From the human T2T-CHM13v2.0 reference genome, Homo sapiens, in assembly GCF_009914755.1 (NCBI RefSeq), contig NC_060945.1: DNA of 64,000 bases. The stretch is one strand, 5' to 3'. The translations under genes were made by a program, and so were the position numbers. Under the pieces are notes generated by a model. It was not told the origin of the DNA. It did not search any database and saw only the letters and a program-made list of their open reading frames with translations. Of this stretch, positions 1 through 18,421 are shown piece after piece (position 1 is the first letter of the stretch; every line of letters begins with the position of its first letter).

Positions 1-39
1 AAATATTATCTTTTATACACACTTTTTAAAAACCTCATT

Positions 40-219
<180 letters not shown>

Positions 220-1009
220 TTAAGCATAGCAAAATAGTTCATATTACATTCTGTTTTTCTTTCAGATTAGCTATACACACACACAAAGGCTTAAAAATTC
301 AGCTATACTAAAATGCAGTATTCCAAAAGACACCAATTCTTCATTCTTTGTTAGCCATCCTGGATTCTCAAACAGGCTGCCAACATACAGGATGACTGTA
401 GGTGTCTCGCAGCTACTGAGCAATACGATGGCTGTAAAACGCGTGCATGTGAGGAATTGCCTGAGCTTAGTTCCTGCCAGTCAGCTACTGAAACAAACAC
501 TGCAGATTTTACTTGATTCGCTCTGAATACTGATGCTTCCTAGTTCCTGGGGGAAAGATGGTCAGTCTGCTCTGTAATTCAACCTGTGTGTAATCATCAA
601 TATGATCATCATTATTGTCATCTAGTAAAACCAAGTGGATAATGCTAAGAATAGGGAAAGTTTCAGTTCCCACTAAATTCCTTCTCTCTTTGTCGACTCT
701 GTTTTCATAGGTTTTAGAATGAGTTGAGGCAAGCTCATTTTCACCTTGCATTTCAGTGCTGCCTTCTGGATGTGCTCTCTTGAATCTGCCTTGCGTTTGC
801 TGCCCTCAGTAACTGACCCTGCTTCCCTCAGTTCTGATCACACTGCTGGTCAGTGCTGATGTTCCTTTGAGTCTCTGACTGAGATGTAGTCTCCCTGAAG
901 AGACTTCAGCTCTCCAAACTCAGTCATGATTGGTTTAAAATTGATATAAAAGCCACCGATGAAGGGCTTGTTAGCCTGGCTCTCTGAAGTCCGACGAAGA
1001 AAGATTGTT

Positions 1010-1325
1010 GGCCAGGTGCGGTGGCTCACACCTATAATCCCAGCACTTTGGGAAGCCGAAGCGGGCAGATCGCCTGAAGTCAGGAGTTCGAGACCAGCCT
1101 GGCCAATATGGTGAAACCCTGTCTCTACAAAAATACAAAAATGAGCTGGGTGTGTTGGTGTGTGCCTGTAATCCCAGCTACTCAGGAGGCTGAGGCAGGA
1201 GAATCGCTTGAACCCGGGAAGCAGAGGTTTCAGTGAGCCGATACCAAGCCATTGCACTCCAGCCTGGGCAACAAGAGCGAAACTCCATCTCAAAAAAAAA
1301 AAAAAAGAAAAAAAGAAAAAAAAGA
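1010..1325 (+). mobile_element. AluS with poly-A tail, inserted in the RNF6 pseudogene
   Basis: Full dimer; target-site duplication AAGAAAGATT(G/A)TT on both sides. Confidence 0.9.
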
Positions 1326-1535
1326 AAGATTATTATGACAGAAGTCCTGGTACTTGTCTGCTCTGAACAAGAAGTGGTTTGACAAAAGCCCCCGCTGCTG
1401 CTTTCATTGGTATTTGCATTTTCTGACAGTTTTGCTCTGGGCTCAGATCCATTTGTAACACTGTCCCAATCTCTATCCCCTCCCCTCCACTTCTGTCCCC
1501 TCCCCTGCCCTCCACTTCCCTTTCCCCTCCCCCCC

Positions 1536-3177
<1,642 letters not shown>

Positions 3178-3625
3178 TTTGACCAGGAATTTAAAATCCA
3201 CTTATTTTCATGATTTATATTGATTTCTGGCTGAAGCCAACACTCTTCACTGGATTTATTCAACTCACAGATTTCAATGTTTGGTTCCCTTCTTGTCCAC
3301 TTTAAGGTGCATTTTATGTGCAATAAAAGGTGTTCAGACATTTTAAAAAGATTCTCTTTGAAATTTTTTTAGGGACTCCTGAGCCTCTGACATATGTCCC
3401 AATTACCCTATTCTCAGGTCAGGCTGAGGTGGGGCATGTGCCTGGATCCATCGAACGGTGATTGATTGGAAGCAACTGATGTTATTTCTCCAGTAGTGCT
3501 TGGAAGCTTATGGTTTTCCTCTGGCAACCAACACCATGTTCATTAATAAACCAGTAATAGGCTTCTTCTCTGTGGAGTTTCTCTTGCTGCCATCTTGGTT
3601 CATTTTCACGAATGATTATGGTATT

Positions 3626-4104
3626 TACAGTAGGCAGAATACTGTCCCCCCACCATGTCCACAACCTAATCCCCAGCACATGTGAATATGTTACTTTTTG
3701 TGGCAAATGGACTTTGCAGATGTAGTTAAGTTAACAATTTTAAATGGAGAGATTATTTTGGTTTAGCCACATGGATCCAGTATAATCACAAAGATTCTTC
3801 TAGAGTGAAAGAGGGAAGCAGGAGAGCCAGGGAAGATGTAACAATGGAAGCAGGAGTCAGAGAACTGTGCCTGCTGGATTTGACAAGGAAGAGGGATGCA
3901 AGACCAGGAACGCAGGCAGCCTCTAGAAGCTGGAAAAAGCAAAGAAATGGATTCTCCCGTGAACCACCAGAAGGAACTCAGCTTTGCTTTTATTTTTAGC
4001 CCAATAAGACTCATTTCAGGTATCTTTCTCCTGGAACTGTGAGATAATAAAGTTAAGCCACTGAGTTCATGGTAATATGTTACAGCAGCATTAAGAAATG
4101 AACA
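3626..4104 (+). mobile_element. MLT1-family (MaLR) solo LTR, MLT1C/D-like
   Basis: GTAGGCAGAATA...CCTAATCCCC...GTGAATATGTTAC...GACTTTGCAGATG...GTTACAGCAGCA; 5-bp TSD GTATT/GTCTT at 3621-3625 and 4105-4109. Confidence 0.8.
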
Positions 4105-4534
4105 GTCTTGTTCTTGTTATGAGCTTTGTTTACTATCTTAACCTGTGCTAGATGTAGATTGACTCATGCTGAAACACCCTGGCTCTCACATTGCTTTCCA
4201 TGTGTTGGAAGAGGGTCTCCGCCTTCCATTGTTGGTGCTTTTGTGAAGTGCTGCTCACAGGAAGCAACAGGAGAGGGTTGAGTTCTTCAGACTGGGTTGC
4301 CTGTGAAGCCCGGGTGCTGCTGCTTCTCTCCCACCGCTGCTGCAAAGTTGAGGACATGCTCCAGGGTTTTTTTTTTTTTTTTTTTTTGTTAGGAGTTCTC
4401 GACTGTCCAGGAATTAGGTAATCCTTTTCCTGAAGATAGGTGGCAGTGGGGTGTGGTAGTGGACTTCTCTTTAGCCAGAGGCAGAGACTGGGGGCGGGTG
4501 AAAGGGGTCCAGTGGGGTCGGGGCTGTCATCACT

Positions 4535-6292
<1,758 letters not shown>

Positions 6293-6699
6293 TCACTTTG
6301 CATACATTTGAGTTGGGATTCTTTCGCTGCAAAACCTGATCTTCACCTAGATTCAGGTTAATTTATTAACTATTACTAATGATTGTGAACAGTGCATTCT
6401 ATTAAACTTATTTTTCAGGTATGCAGTTGTGTAAATTGGTTAGACTTACTACAGTGTTTAGATCTGGAACAAAAACGTAAGGCATTTTCCATGTAACTGC
6501 TTGGAACACGACAGTTACCTGCTACTATAAAAACGGTAGTTTTCTATTTATGGAAGAGTTTTTCTTAAACTTATCTAGAATTAAAAGTTAATTTAAAGAA
6601 AGTACTAATTATGACAAAAGCAGGGAGTCGTTAGCACTTGAAACCAGAGTTTGGTACTATGAGAAGGTTTTTAATTTTAAAAAGAAGGAAAAAAAGAAA

Positions 6700-7500
6700 C
6701 ACGGACGTCAGAAAACTGGTTCAGTAGGGATGGGTGCTAGAAGGCTACGGAACCGCCGAAGGCCCAGGAGAAACCCGGAACGTGTTAACCGCTCCAACTG
6801 GAGCCGGACGAAAAAACGGCCCCGCCTCCCGCGAGGGCGACGCAGTTCGCAGGCGCGTCGGCGCGCCTGTTCTGGGGCGCTTGGCTTCACCGCGCAGGCG
6901 CGGTCGCCGCTGTTGTTGTGGTCCCCATGGAGCTGCCGTAGCGGACCCAGCACAGCCAGGAGCGTCCGGGATGAGCTCAGCCGCGGCCGACCACTGGGCG
7001 TGGTTGCTGGTGCTCAGCTTCGTGTTTGGATGCAATGTTCTTAGGATCCTCCTCCCGTCCTTCTCATCCTTCGTAAGTGGCTGCCTGGCCTCCCAAGGGC
7101 CGGTGGGGATGCCGCCCCAGTCCCCCGGCGGGTCTGGCGTAGGTACAGGGGTCTCAACTGGGCGACTGAAGGCCGTAGTAGCGTCTTGGTTGGTCCGTAA
7201 GCTTTTTTGAGATAGTTGTTAGCGTCTAAAAGGTACGACGCTTTACCCCAAAATCAGACTTTCTGGGTTCTAGGGGGTTGGGAGAAACACCGGGCAACCC
7301 TGGACTCTTCTGGCTGTGGGTGGCGGCGGCGAACCTCACACTGGGAGTTCCTAGTGCCCCGCTGTCAGCCTCGTTTCCGTTAATCCTGGTTCCTAGAGGC
7401 ATTCGAGCAGCCCTCGGCCAGGGTTTCCCAGAGGCCTGGCGGGCGAAGTCAGCTGTTCCAGGTCCCGGAGAGATGGATCCTCGCGTCCAGGAGCCCACAT
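6700..7500 (+). promoter_or_regulatory. GET1 CpG-island promoter
   Basis: Abrupt shift from AT-rich to CpG-rich sequence at ~6700. Motifs: CRE-like GACGTCA 6704-6710, ETS core CCGGAA 6775-6780, GC box CCCGCCTCCC 6821-6830, NRF1-type GCGCAGGCGC 6892-6901. The island spans exon 1. Confidence 0.85.
6971..7072 (+). CDS. GET1: GET1/WRB (tail-anchored protein insertase subunit) coding exon 1, aa 1-34
   Basis: MSSAAADHWAWLLVLSFVFGCNVLRILLPSFSSF; donor TTC|GTAAGT; 102 nt. Confidence 0.97.
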
Positions 7501-8224
7501 TCTTGGGGTGGGTAGGGTGGGAGACAGGTGTAGAGAGAATCTCAGTACAGCGTGATGCCTTCAGTATCCAAGGGAGCAACCAGGTTGGGGAACACTCTCT
7601 TTCTGCCAGGTAGTGAGTACATTACCTCTGTCTCACGGCTGCTGGGAGAGGCGAGTATTATCATCCCACCCTCCTTTACCTCCCGGAGGAGTCTGGCTCA
7701 AGAGAATTTAGTGGTGGCACTAAGTCATCCACCTAGTGACTGGAGGTGGAGATTTGATTGCCTTTTGGAGCAGGGATAGGGATTTGGTGGCAAATTGGAC
7801 AGGGCGTGGTGGGGTGTGGCCATGGAAGGCGGGGGTACCTTGGGAACTGTCCCCGAGAATGAGCGCCCTCCGTATGCCCACAGCAGAAATGAGGAGCTGT
7901 TGGGCAAAGGCGGAGTCCTCAAAGATTGGGCGCATTCGTTTCAGCGTTGTCTTGGAAAACAGTTCTTGCTTTTCTCTCCTAAGATAAATTGGTAGTAGTG
8001 GAGGATATTTTATTCCACCAGTATTCATTGAGTGCCTGTTTTGTGCAAAACTCTATTCTTACTCTCTCAATTGTCCTACTGTCTGCATTGTCCTGAGATA
8101 TAGGGAATTCTCTTTTAACCCCTGAGTCTCCTTCAGAATCTTTCCTGATGCTATCCAGTCTTTAAGATGATGTCTCAGGCATTGCATAAAAGACTCCTGA
8201 TGAGCTGGCCCATGCTCATCTTCT

Positions 8225-11330
<3,106 letters not shown>

Positions 11331-11759
11331 AATAGAAAAATTTGTTTTTAGAGGCCGGGTCTTGCTCTGTGACTCAGGACCTGTGGCCACATCCTGTGCT
11401 GCCTCATACAACCTTATGGCCTCTCTAACCTCAACCCAGTTAGCTTTCCTAAACCCATTTCCCTATGATTGTTAACACTTGTTGTTAGCCAGGTTCAGAA
11501 GGATAACATAATTATTATCCCAGCAGAGTACACCCACCCTGTAATCGGTAAGAGAGATGTTTGGCCTGGTCACTGGGTTTGTGGTGAGAGTCTGTGAAAA
11601 GCTGTAAGGAACGCGCTGGTCTTCAGTAGGGTCAAATGCTGCTCCTTCACCATCGTCAGAGGCTACTTCATCACAGCCTCTCTGATTTGAGGATTCAAGT
11701 GGGAAAGACTCATGACAAGCAGCAGAAAGTCGAATTGGGAAAACAGTGCCCTCAGGGAT

Positions 11760-13110
11760 GGGGCCGCGCTCAGGTACTTAGATTATAACCTCCGTTGGGA
11801 TGTTTCTGAAGCTTTCGTCTTAGCAGAAGTTAGGGAGGCAGCACCCCGATCTCAGCACTCAGTCTAGGCCGCACTGGTCCCCGCACTGGTCTCCCCCCTC
11901 CCCCCGCGTGAGGCCTTAGGAGGTCTGAAGTATCAGAAGTCCTTGGGCCAGTTAAGCCTAGCAAGGTCCTGGGAGGCGATCTCAGCTGTCCGCTGCGGTG
12001 GGGGTGGGATGCCTGGTAAGGACACCAAGTCCGTGGTGTTGGCGTGGTTGGAATTTTCCTGGGATCGCTCCCTTCTCTTCAAGCTGGTCACGGGGACGCA
12101 TGGTTGAGAGCGCCTAGTTCATTCAGTAGGTGGTCCAGGACTTTCTTCAGCTATAGAGGGGAACAAAGACGCCTTTGGTGAGCACCGGCTCTGCAGCTCT
12201 GCGGGTGCAGGGGAGGTGTACTGCGTAGGTGCCCCAGGACTGGCGGGGGCTGAGGGTCCATGCGAACGGCACTACTACGCAGGCGTCGCAGGACTGGCCC
12301 GGGCTCAAGGTCCGTGCAAACTGCATGCACTGCGCAGGTGCTCCAGGACTCGCGCGGGGTCAAAGTCCATGCAAGCCGCACGCACTGCACAGGTGCCCCA
12401 GGACTGGCACGGGCTCAGAGTCCACGCATACCGCACACACTGCGCAGGCGCTCCAGGACTGGCGCGGGCTCAGAGTCTATGCAAACCGCATACACTGTGC
12501 AGGCGCCCTAGGACTGGCGCTGGCTCAGGGTCCCTGCGAGCTGCACGCACTGCGCAGGCGCCCCAGAGCTGGTGTGGGCTGAGTGGCCACACGAGCCACA
12601 TGCACTGCGCAGGCGCCAGGAGGCCCTTCCTCTCAATCCGAGCTTTGCAGATGAAGGACTCTGCGTGTGTTGCCTTCTGGGCTTACGGGCCGAGTGCCCT
12701 TTGAGATTCAACTTTTTCTAAATTATCCTTCACTTTCTGCTGTAAAGAGTGGCCACCTCCTTTTTCCTCTAGGGGACTGAAGCGAGAGGAGGATATTGCA
12801 GGGTTTGCCTCTGTGGTCATCTTCTTAGAGAGCACCCCCTCCGCCCCCACACCCTTTTCCTCAGAGCCGTTGCTTAGTGAGTCCCTGCCATGGACCAGGC
12901 TTGGGAATGGTCCCCAAGTATTAGTTTAGGAGGACGACTCTCTGCTTCACAGGACCTACCCCAGAATCCTGTGACTCAGAAGCGCGCTTGTGAAGTGCGC
13001 ATGTGCGGGCAGGGCCTCCAGTGGGGCTCTCGTGGGGGCAGCAGCCAAGGACTGGGGCTGGTGGCCTGGAGAGCTGCCCGCTTCTCCGCCCTTGCCGGTA
13101 GGGTTCCTGG
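11760..13110. promoter_or_regulatory. Intronic CpG island; likely the reported maternally methylated WRB differentially methylated region
   Basis: CpG-rich non-Alu segment ~5-6 kb into intron 1. Its position matches my recollection of the WRB intronic DMR. Methylation itself cannot be seen in sequence. Confidence 0.65.
12218..12620. repeat. CpG-rich 55-bp tandem repeat, ~7.5 diverged copies
   Basis: GGACT anchor at 12237, 12291, 12346, 12401, 12456, 12511, with a variant at 12566. Approximate consensus GCACTGCGCAGGYGCYCCAGGACTGGCGCGGGCTCAGAGTCCATGCAAACCGCAC. Confidence 0.93.
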
Positions 13111-13435
13111 CCGAGAGTGGCATCTGGGGCTGTTCAGGGTCTGGAGCTTCCTGAGTTGGAAGACCCTGTCCTCTGTGTTCAGGGACTCAGGGTGACCTGA
13201 GTTGGTGGTTCCTGGGTTTGCCTGCTCTACTGCTGGCAGGGACTAGCACGGGGTGTGCACGTTGTCATGCCATCAATTAATTCAGAGATTCACTTTTGTT
13301 CTAAAAATTAATATTTGCATTATTACATTTAGATTCATATTAAATCTTACACTGCATGATTCTAGAACATTTTAACACTTATACGTGGGTCTTGGATTAA
13401 CATTGATACATATTTGCAAATTTATACTTTAAAAC

Positions 13436-13737
13436 TTTTTTTTTTTTAGAGACAGGGTCTCACTCTGTTGCCAAGGCTGTAGTGTGGTGGTGCCATCATA
13501 ACTCACAGCAGCCTCAACCTTTCGGGCTCAAGTGATCCCTCCCTCCCCGCCTCAGCCTCCTGAGTAGCTGGGGCCACACGGACCACAGGCGTGCACCACC
13601 ACACCTGACTAATTTTTAATTTTTTGGTAGAGATTGGGTCTTGCTATGTTGCCCCGCCTGGTCTCGAACTCCTGGGCTCAAACGATCTTCCCGCGTCAGT
13701 CTCCGAAAGTGCTGGGATTACTGCACTGCGCCTGGCT
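13436..13737 (-). mobile_element. AluJ
   Basis: Diverged Alu dimer. Confidence 0.8.
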
Positions 13738-14199
13738 CAGACAGTTTTTATTGTGCTTATACATGTAATAGATGTAATTATTTTTTCAAGCACCAGTTGT
13801 TTTTGTTAACCTTACAAAGCTGCCTTCAGTTTTCCTGAAGTTCACCCTTCTGCCTTCACTCACCTCCCATTCCTGAGTTGTTTTGTGTATTCCCTATAAT
13901 GCTAAATAATGTCTTGGAATCTCTTTTTCTTTTTAAAATATGGTTTTAAAAGTCAGATTTATTGAAGTGTAATTTGTATAAGGCGAAATTATCAAAAAGT
14001 CCTTAGCAGTGTCTGTAGATTTTCCTTGCTTTTGAAAGATAATTTTGTGATTCATCTAAGAGAATTTGGCCCATTCCTATTTCCTTCTCCAGAGTGGATC
14101 AGGCTGGAGTATAGCTCCTTCGGTTATAGTGCTGGGTAGTGGCCAGGGCAGAGGCACCACAAAGAGAGCTGGATTTGAACCCCCTACTCCCTGCGCAAA

Positions 14200-14441
14200 G
14201 GCTGCCAGAAGCTGCGCTGCAGTGAACACGCTGCGCATGAGCCCCTAGACCCCTCCACCCCCCCTACTCCCCACACTCCCCCCCCCCACTTTTGCCTCAT
14301 CACGCAGGCGCTGGTAGGCGGCATCACTGGGCGGGTCAGAAACCACGCGCATGCGCAGACACCCTCAGGCGACTGGCGGGTCGCGGCTTCCAAGCTCTAA
14401 ATGGAGAGTTGTCCCTACTGTGCGGCAGGCGGAGGAGACCT
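14200..14441 (+). promoter_or_regulatory. GET1: Candidate alternative GET1 promoter and first exon
   Basis: Small CpG cluster, perfect NRF1 palindrome GCGCATGCGC at 14347-14356, donor CCT|GTAAGC after 14441. Exon 2 begins with ATG (Met35), consistent with the N-terminally truncated WRB isoform I recall. Confidence 0.65.
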
Positions 14442-14677
14442 GTAAGCTGGAAGGGGGAGGGGGGGGGATCTGATTTATTGTGTGCCAGGCACACTTTAGA
14501 TACACTATAACATTTCGTCTTTATTAATCTATTTTTAAAATTTCGAAACAAACACAAATGTGCAGAAAAGTTATATACAGTCAATACCGATAACTGATTT
14601 TGTTTCCTGAACCATTTGGAAGTTGTCAACCCAAACCCCCTCATTCCGAGATACTTTGGTATTCAAAAGAATCTTGG

Positions 14678-14908
14678 GGGCCGGGCACAGTGGCTCACGC
14701 CTTTAATCCCAGCACTTTGGGAGGCCGAGGCTGGCGGATCGCTTGAGCTCAGGAGTTCACTGGCAACATAGTGAAACCGTGTGTCTACTAAAACTAAAAA
14801 AAAATTAGTCGAGTGTGGTGGTGCAGGCCTGTAGTCCCAGATGCTCAGGAGGCTCAGGTGGGAGTATCGCTTGAGCCCAGGAAGTCGAGGTTGCAGTGAG
14901 CCGAGATC
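14678..14908 (+). mobile_element. 3'-truncated Alu
   Basis: GGCCGGGCACAGTGGCTCACG...GAGCCGAGATC followed by non-Alu sequence. Confidence 0.85.
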
Positions 14909-15637
14909 TAATGCAGGCGTCAAGTACGTTACCACGATCTGATCCTCAGACCCCATGCAGGTTCCCCACGTTTCGCAGTAATGTCCTTAACAGGGAAAGG
15001 ACCCAGTTCGGAATCATGCATTGCATTTCCCGGCCTCTAGCCTCCTGTCTGGAGGAGTTTCCCAGTCTTCCCTTGACTTTCATGGCTGTCATTTGTGGGT
15101 GTCAGAGGCCAGTGATTTCGCAGAAGGGACGCCTACTGGCATGTCTGATACTTGGTAGGGATTTCTGAGAGGCAGTGCTGTGTTCTCATTGTGTCTCATC
15201 CGCTGGTGTGGGACTGGGATTTGGGGATGTTCGCTGATCCCTTGGGGTAGGTGCCAGAGGCGCCACTGAGGGATCTGGTCTTGGGGCGCCCGCGCAGTCC
15301 TTGGACTAGGCCTTCCCGGCAGATCTGCGGGCGCCACCTGGCGGTCACTGCCGACTCCTCCGTTGCGCTCCAGTCACCTCTCCCATCCCGGTGCCGTGGC
15401 CGGGCGGTTCCCTGGAGAGTGGACGGCTGGGGCTGGTGCAGGGAACAGGGGCCTGCGGGGGCTGCGCAGGCGGGCCTCCAGGTCATGCGGGGCCCCTCTG
15501 CTCACAGGGACCAGCCAGGCCAGCCTGGGGAGCGTGCTTCTTTGTTTATGTCTGTATTTCTCTGCCTATCTGTGGAAACCACAGATCTCCAATTGAAGCC
15601 AACACCACAAGATTCATTCTGCTTCTCTCCGAGACGC

Positions 15638-16030
<393 letters not shown>

Positions 16031-17282
16031 GAGGCATCTTTCTAAGTGTCTTTGTTGAAAGTGAGAAGACTGGCTTCCGTTACTCTCAATATGTTTATTT
16101 CTGTGATCACCCTTTTGTAATTAATCTCTGGTGTCCACCGCCCACTGTTACCCAAGTGAATGCATGCCTCTCCCCACCTGGGCTCCGACCCTGGCAGGGT
16201 TCCTTCTTGTCTTGTATGTCTGTCTCCCTCACCCTACAGACCCTGACTCCTGTGTCAGGCTGCCCTTTCTTGGGGACCCCTGTATCACCATGCCTGGCCC
16301 TGATGCCTCTTGCCAGGGTGCCATTCTGTGGGAAGGCCCTCTGCACTGAGCTTGGGCACTGACATTCTGCCCTGGGCCCCTGCCTCACCACTGTTACCCT
16401 GCACCTGCACCTTGCTCTGCCCCGTCTAATCTAGGACTGAATTCTTCTGGGAGGGGAGAGGTTACATGTTCCCTGTCACTGGAATAACAGCTCTGGTGAT
16501 GGAATTGGTTTTCATTTCACAATTGCAATTTTATTTATAGTGAAACAGACAAACATTTGTATTGGAGCAAATTCATGGGCATATCTGTAAAAGGAAAAAT
16601 ATAGTTTGAATAGCAATTTGAATATGAGTTTTTTTTTTTTTTTTTTTGTGGTCGTTATAGGGAGCCGAAAAAGGCAGCAGAGGCTGGCTGTGTAGGTAGA
16701 GGGCAGCTTGCCCAGTTGGCAGAGGTGGGAGTAGGATGTTGGAGGAAGGTGTACCGGTTCTGTCTGGCCAAACCCATGCTGGAGTCACCTCAAAAGCAGT
16801 GGCAGGGGAGTTCCCTCAAGGGGCTGCTCCAGACTGCCTGGAGATGGGGCTGGCTTGGATTCCAAAGAAAGAAGCACTAAACGCCAGGGTGATAAGTCCA
16901 CAGCATTCATGACGGGAACTTACAAGAGCTGCGGCAGTCCCGGGACAGCCAGTGAGAGAAAGGGACATTTACCTAGGGCTGTCTGCCACCCGGGGGTTGG
17001 GGTATGGAGTGTATGTGGGAGTTTAAGGACTTTGTCATGGTGGGGCTAGTTTGTAGGTGTTTCTCAGCAGGATGAATCTCCCAGTGTTCTCCAGCAACAG
17101 CCTTTGCTCTTTATCAGTCCTGGGAACGTTCACGGCCGCAGTTTGCATTCAGTCCTGCAGGGACGCACACAACTGGCTGGGTCACAGAGTGGTCAGGGCA
17201 TAGACAGAAAGTAGCGGGGGACTGGGGAACCCTCCTGTGACCCGTGTTGGAAGGTGCTGATCCCCGTTGTCCGCCCTGCCAG

Positions 17283-17448
17283 ATGTCCAGGGTGCTGCAG
17301 AAGGACGCGGAGCAGGAGTCACAGATGAGAGCGGAGATCCAGGACATGAAGCAGGAGCTCTCCACAGTCAACATGATGGACGAGTTTGCCAGATATGCCA
17401 GGCTGGAAAGAAAGATCAACAAGATGACGGATAAGCTCAAAACCCATG
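17283..17448 (+). CDS. GET1: GET1 coding exon 2 (cytosolic coiled coil)
   Basis: CCAG|ATGTCC acceptor; MSRVLQKDAEQESQMRAEIQDMKQELSTVNMMDEFARYARLERKINKMTDKLKTH; donor ATG|GTACTG; 166 nt. Confidence 0.97.
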
Positions 17449-18353
17449 GTACTGTGTCCCTTGCAGCCTGGAGGCTTCATGAGAGCGGATGAATAGAGAA
17501 GTCTGTATGTGAAGATTAGTAGAATACATACTTTGCTTCTTGGATGTTCTGAATATTGATGGAAACTTAAGTTATCTGGAGGAAACTCAGTAATAAGTAT
17601 TACTTTCCTCTTATTTGCTGGTGAACCTTTGCTTTCTAAGCACAGAAATATCTAAGATCCTCTCAGATTTTCCTCAGAGCCAACTCTTTAAAATTTTAAG
17701 CTAACTCTTAAAAATTGTAGGTTTTCATTTTTAAATTCATCACTTTTCTGAGAGAAGCCCAGAAAAAAAGTCTCACAGTGGATTCCCAGAGGCTTTTGTT
17801 CCACTCTCTAGAAAAATGCCCAGCAGTGTCCTCTTCTGAGTGTCACCTCCCGGGTCCAGTGTCCTGTGATGAAGAGCGCTTTCTCAGGGCAGCCCGTGTG
17901 CTGAGGGACCCCGGTCACAGTGTGTGCACAGTCAGAGAGCTGTCTCTGTGGCTAGGAAAACAGACAGAGGGGCCTGTCCAGGCCCAGGACAAGCTGGACT
18001 CCCACCAGGGGTTCGTGTACTGTGCACACTGGGAAATAAGGAGGAAAATTTAGTCCTGTTGGTAAGTGGTAACTGTATTATACAAAGAATCTTTGATTTC
18101 ATGAGTCGTTTTAAGAGTTTTCAAAATTAAAGCTATTCAAATCTCAATCTGAGTCGGATACTATTTTAAATAATGGCATAATGAGATGGTGGGTGACTTA
18201 AAAATTCTATTTTATATTTTCTAAATATGTTGAGCGATTGTTCCATTTATAATCAGAAAGTGTATTATAAGGGAAAATAACATTTCTGTGTATTTGAATA
18301 TTTTGTTAATTTTTCAGGACTGACATAATTATTTATCCTGTTTTTCCTTTCAG

Positions 18354-18421
18354 TGAAAGCTCGGACAGCTCAATTAGCCAAGATAAAATGGGTGATAAGT
18401 GTCGCTTTCTACGTATTGCAG
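18354..18421 (+). CDS. GET1: GET1 coding exon 3
   Basis: TTTCAG|TG acceptor; (V)KARTAQLAKIKWVISVAFYVLQ; donor CAG|GTAAGT; 68 nt, phase-consistent. Confidence 0.96.

Noticed and set aside
6734-7210. 158-aa ORF extending GET1 exon 1 in both directions
   Set aside because: It starts at a non-ATG codon in the promoter and runs through the GTAAGT donor; GC-rich islands lack stops by composition.
12151-12711. Several overlapping ORFs with repeated peptides (HCAGAPGLARAQ), and a superficially CRISPR-like periodic array
   Set aside because: The 55-bp period is not a multiple of 3, so the peptide rotates through frames. The whole unit is repeated with no unique spacers, there are no cas genes, and the context is mammalian.
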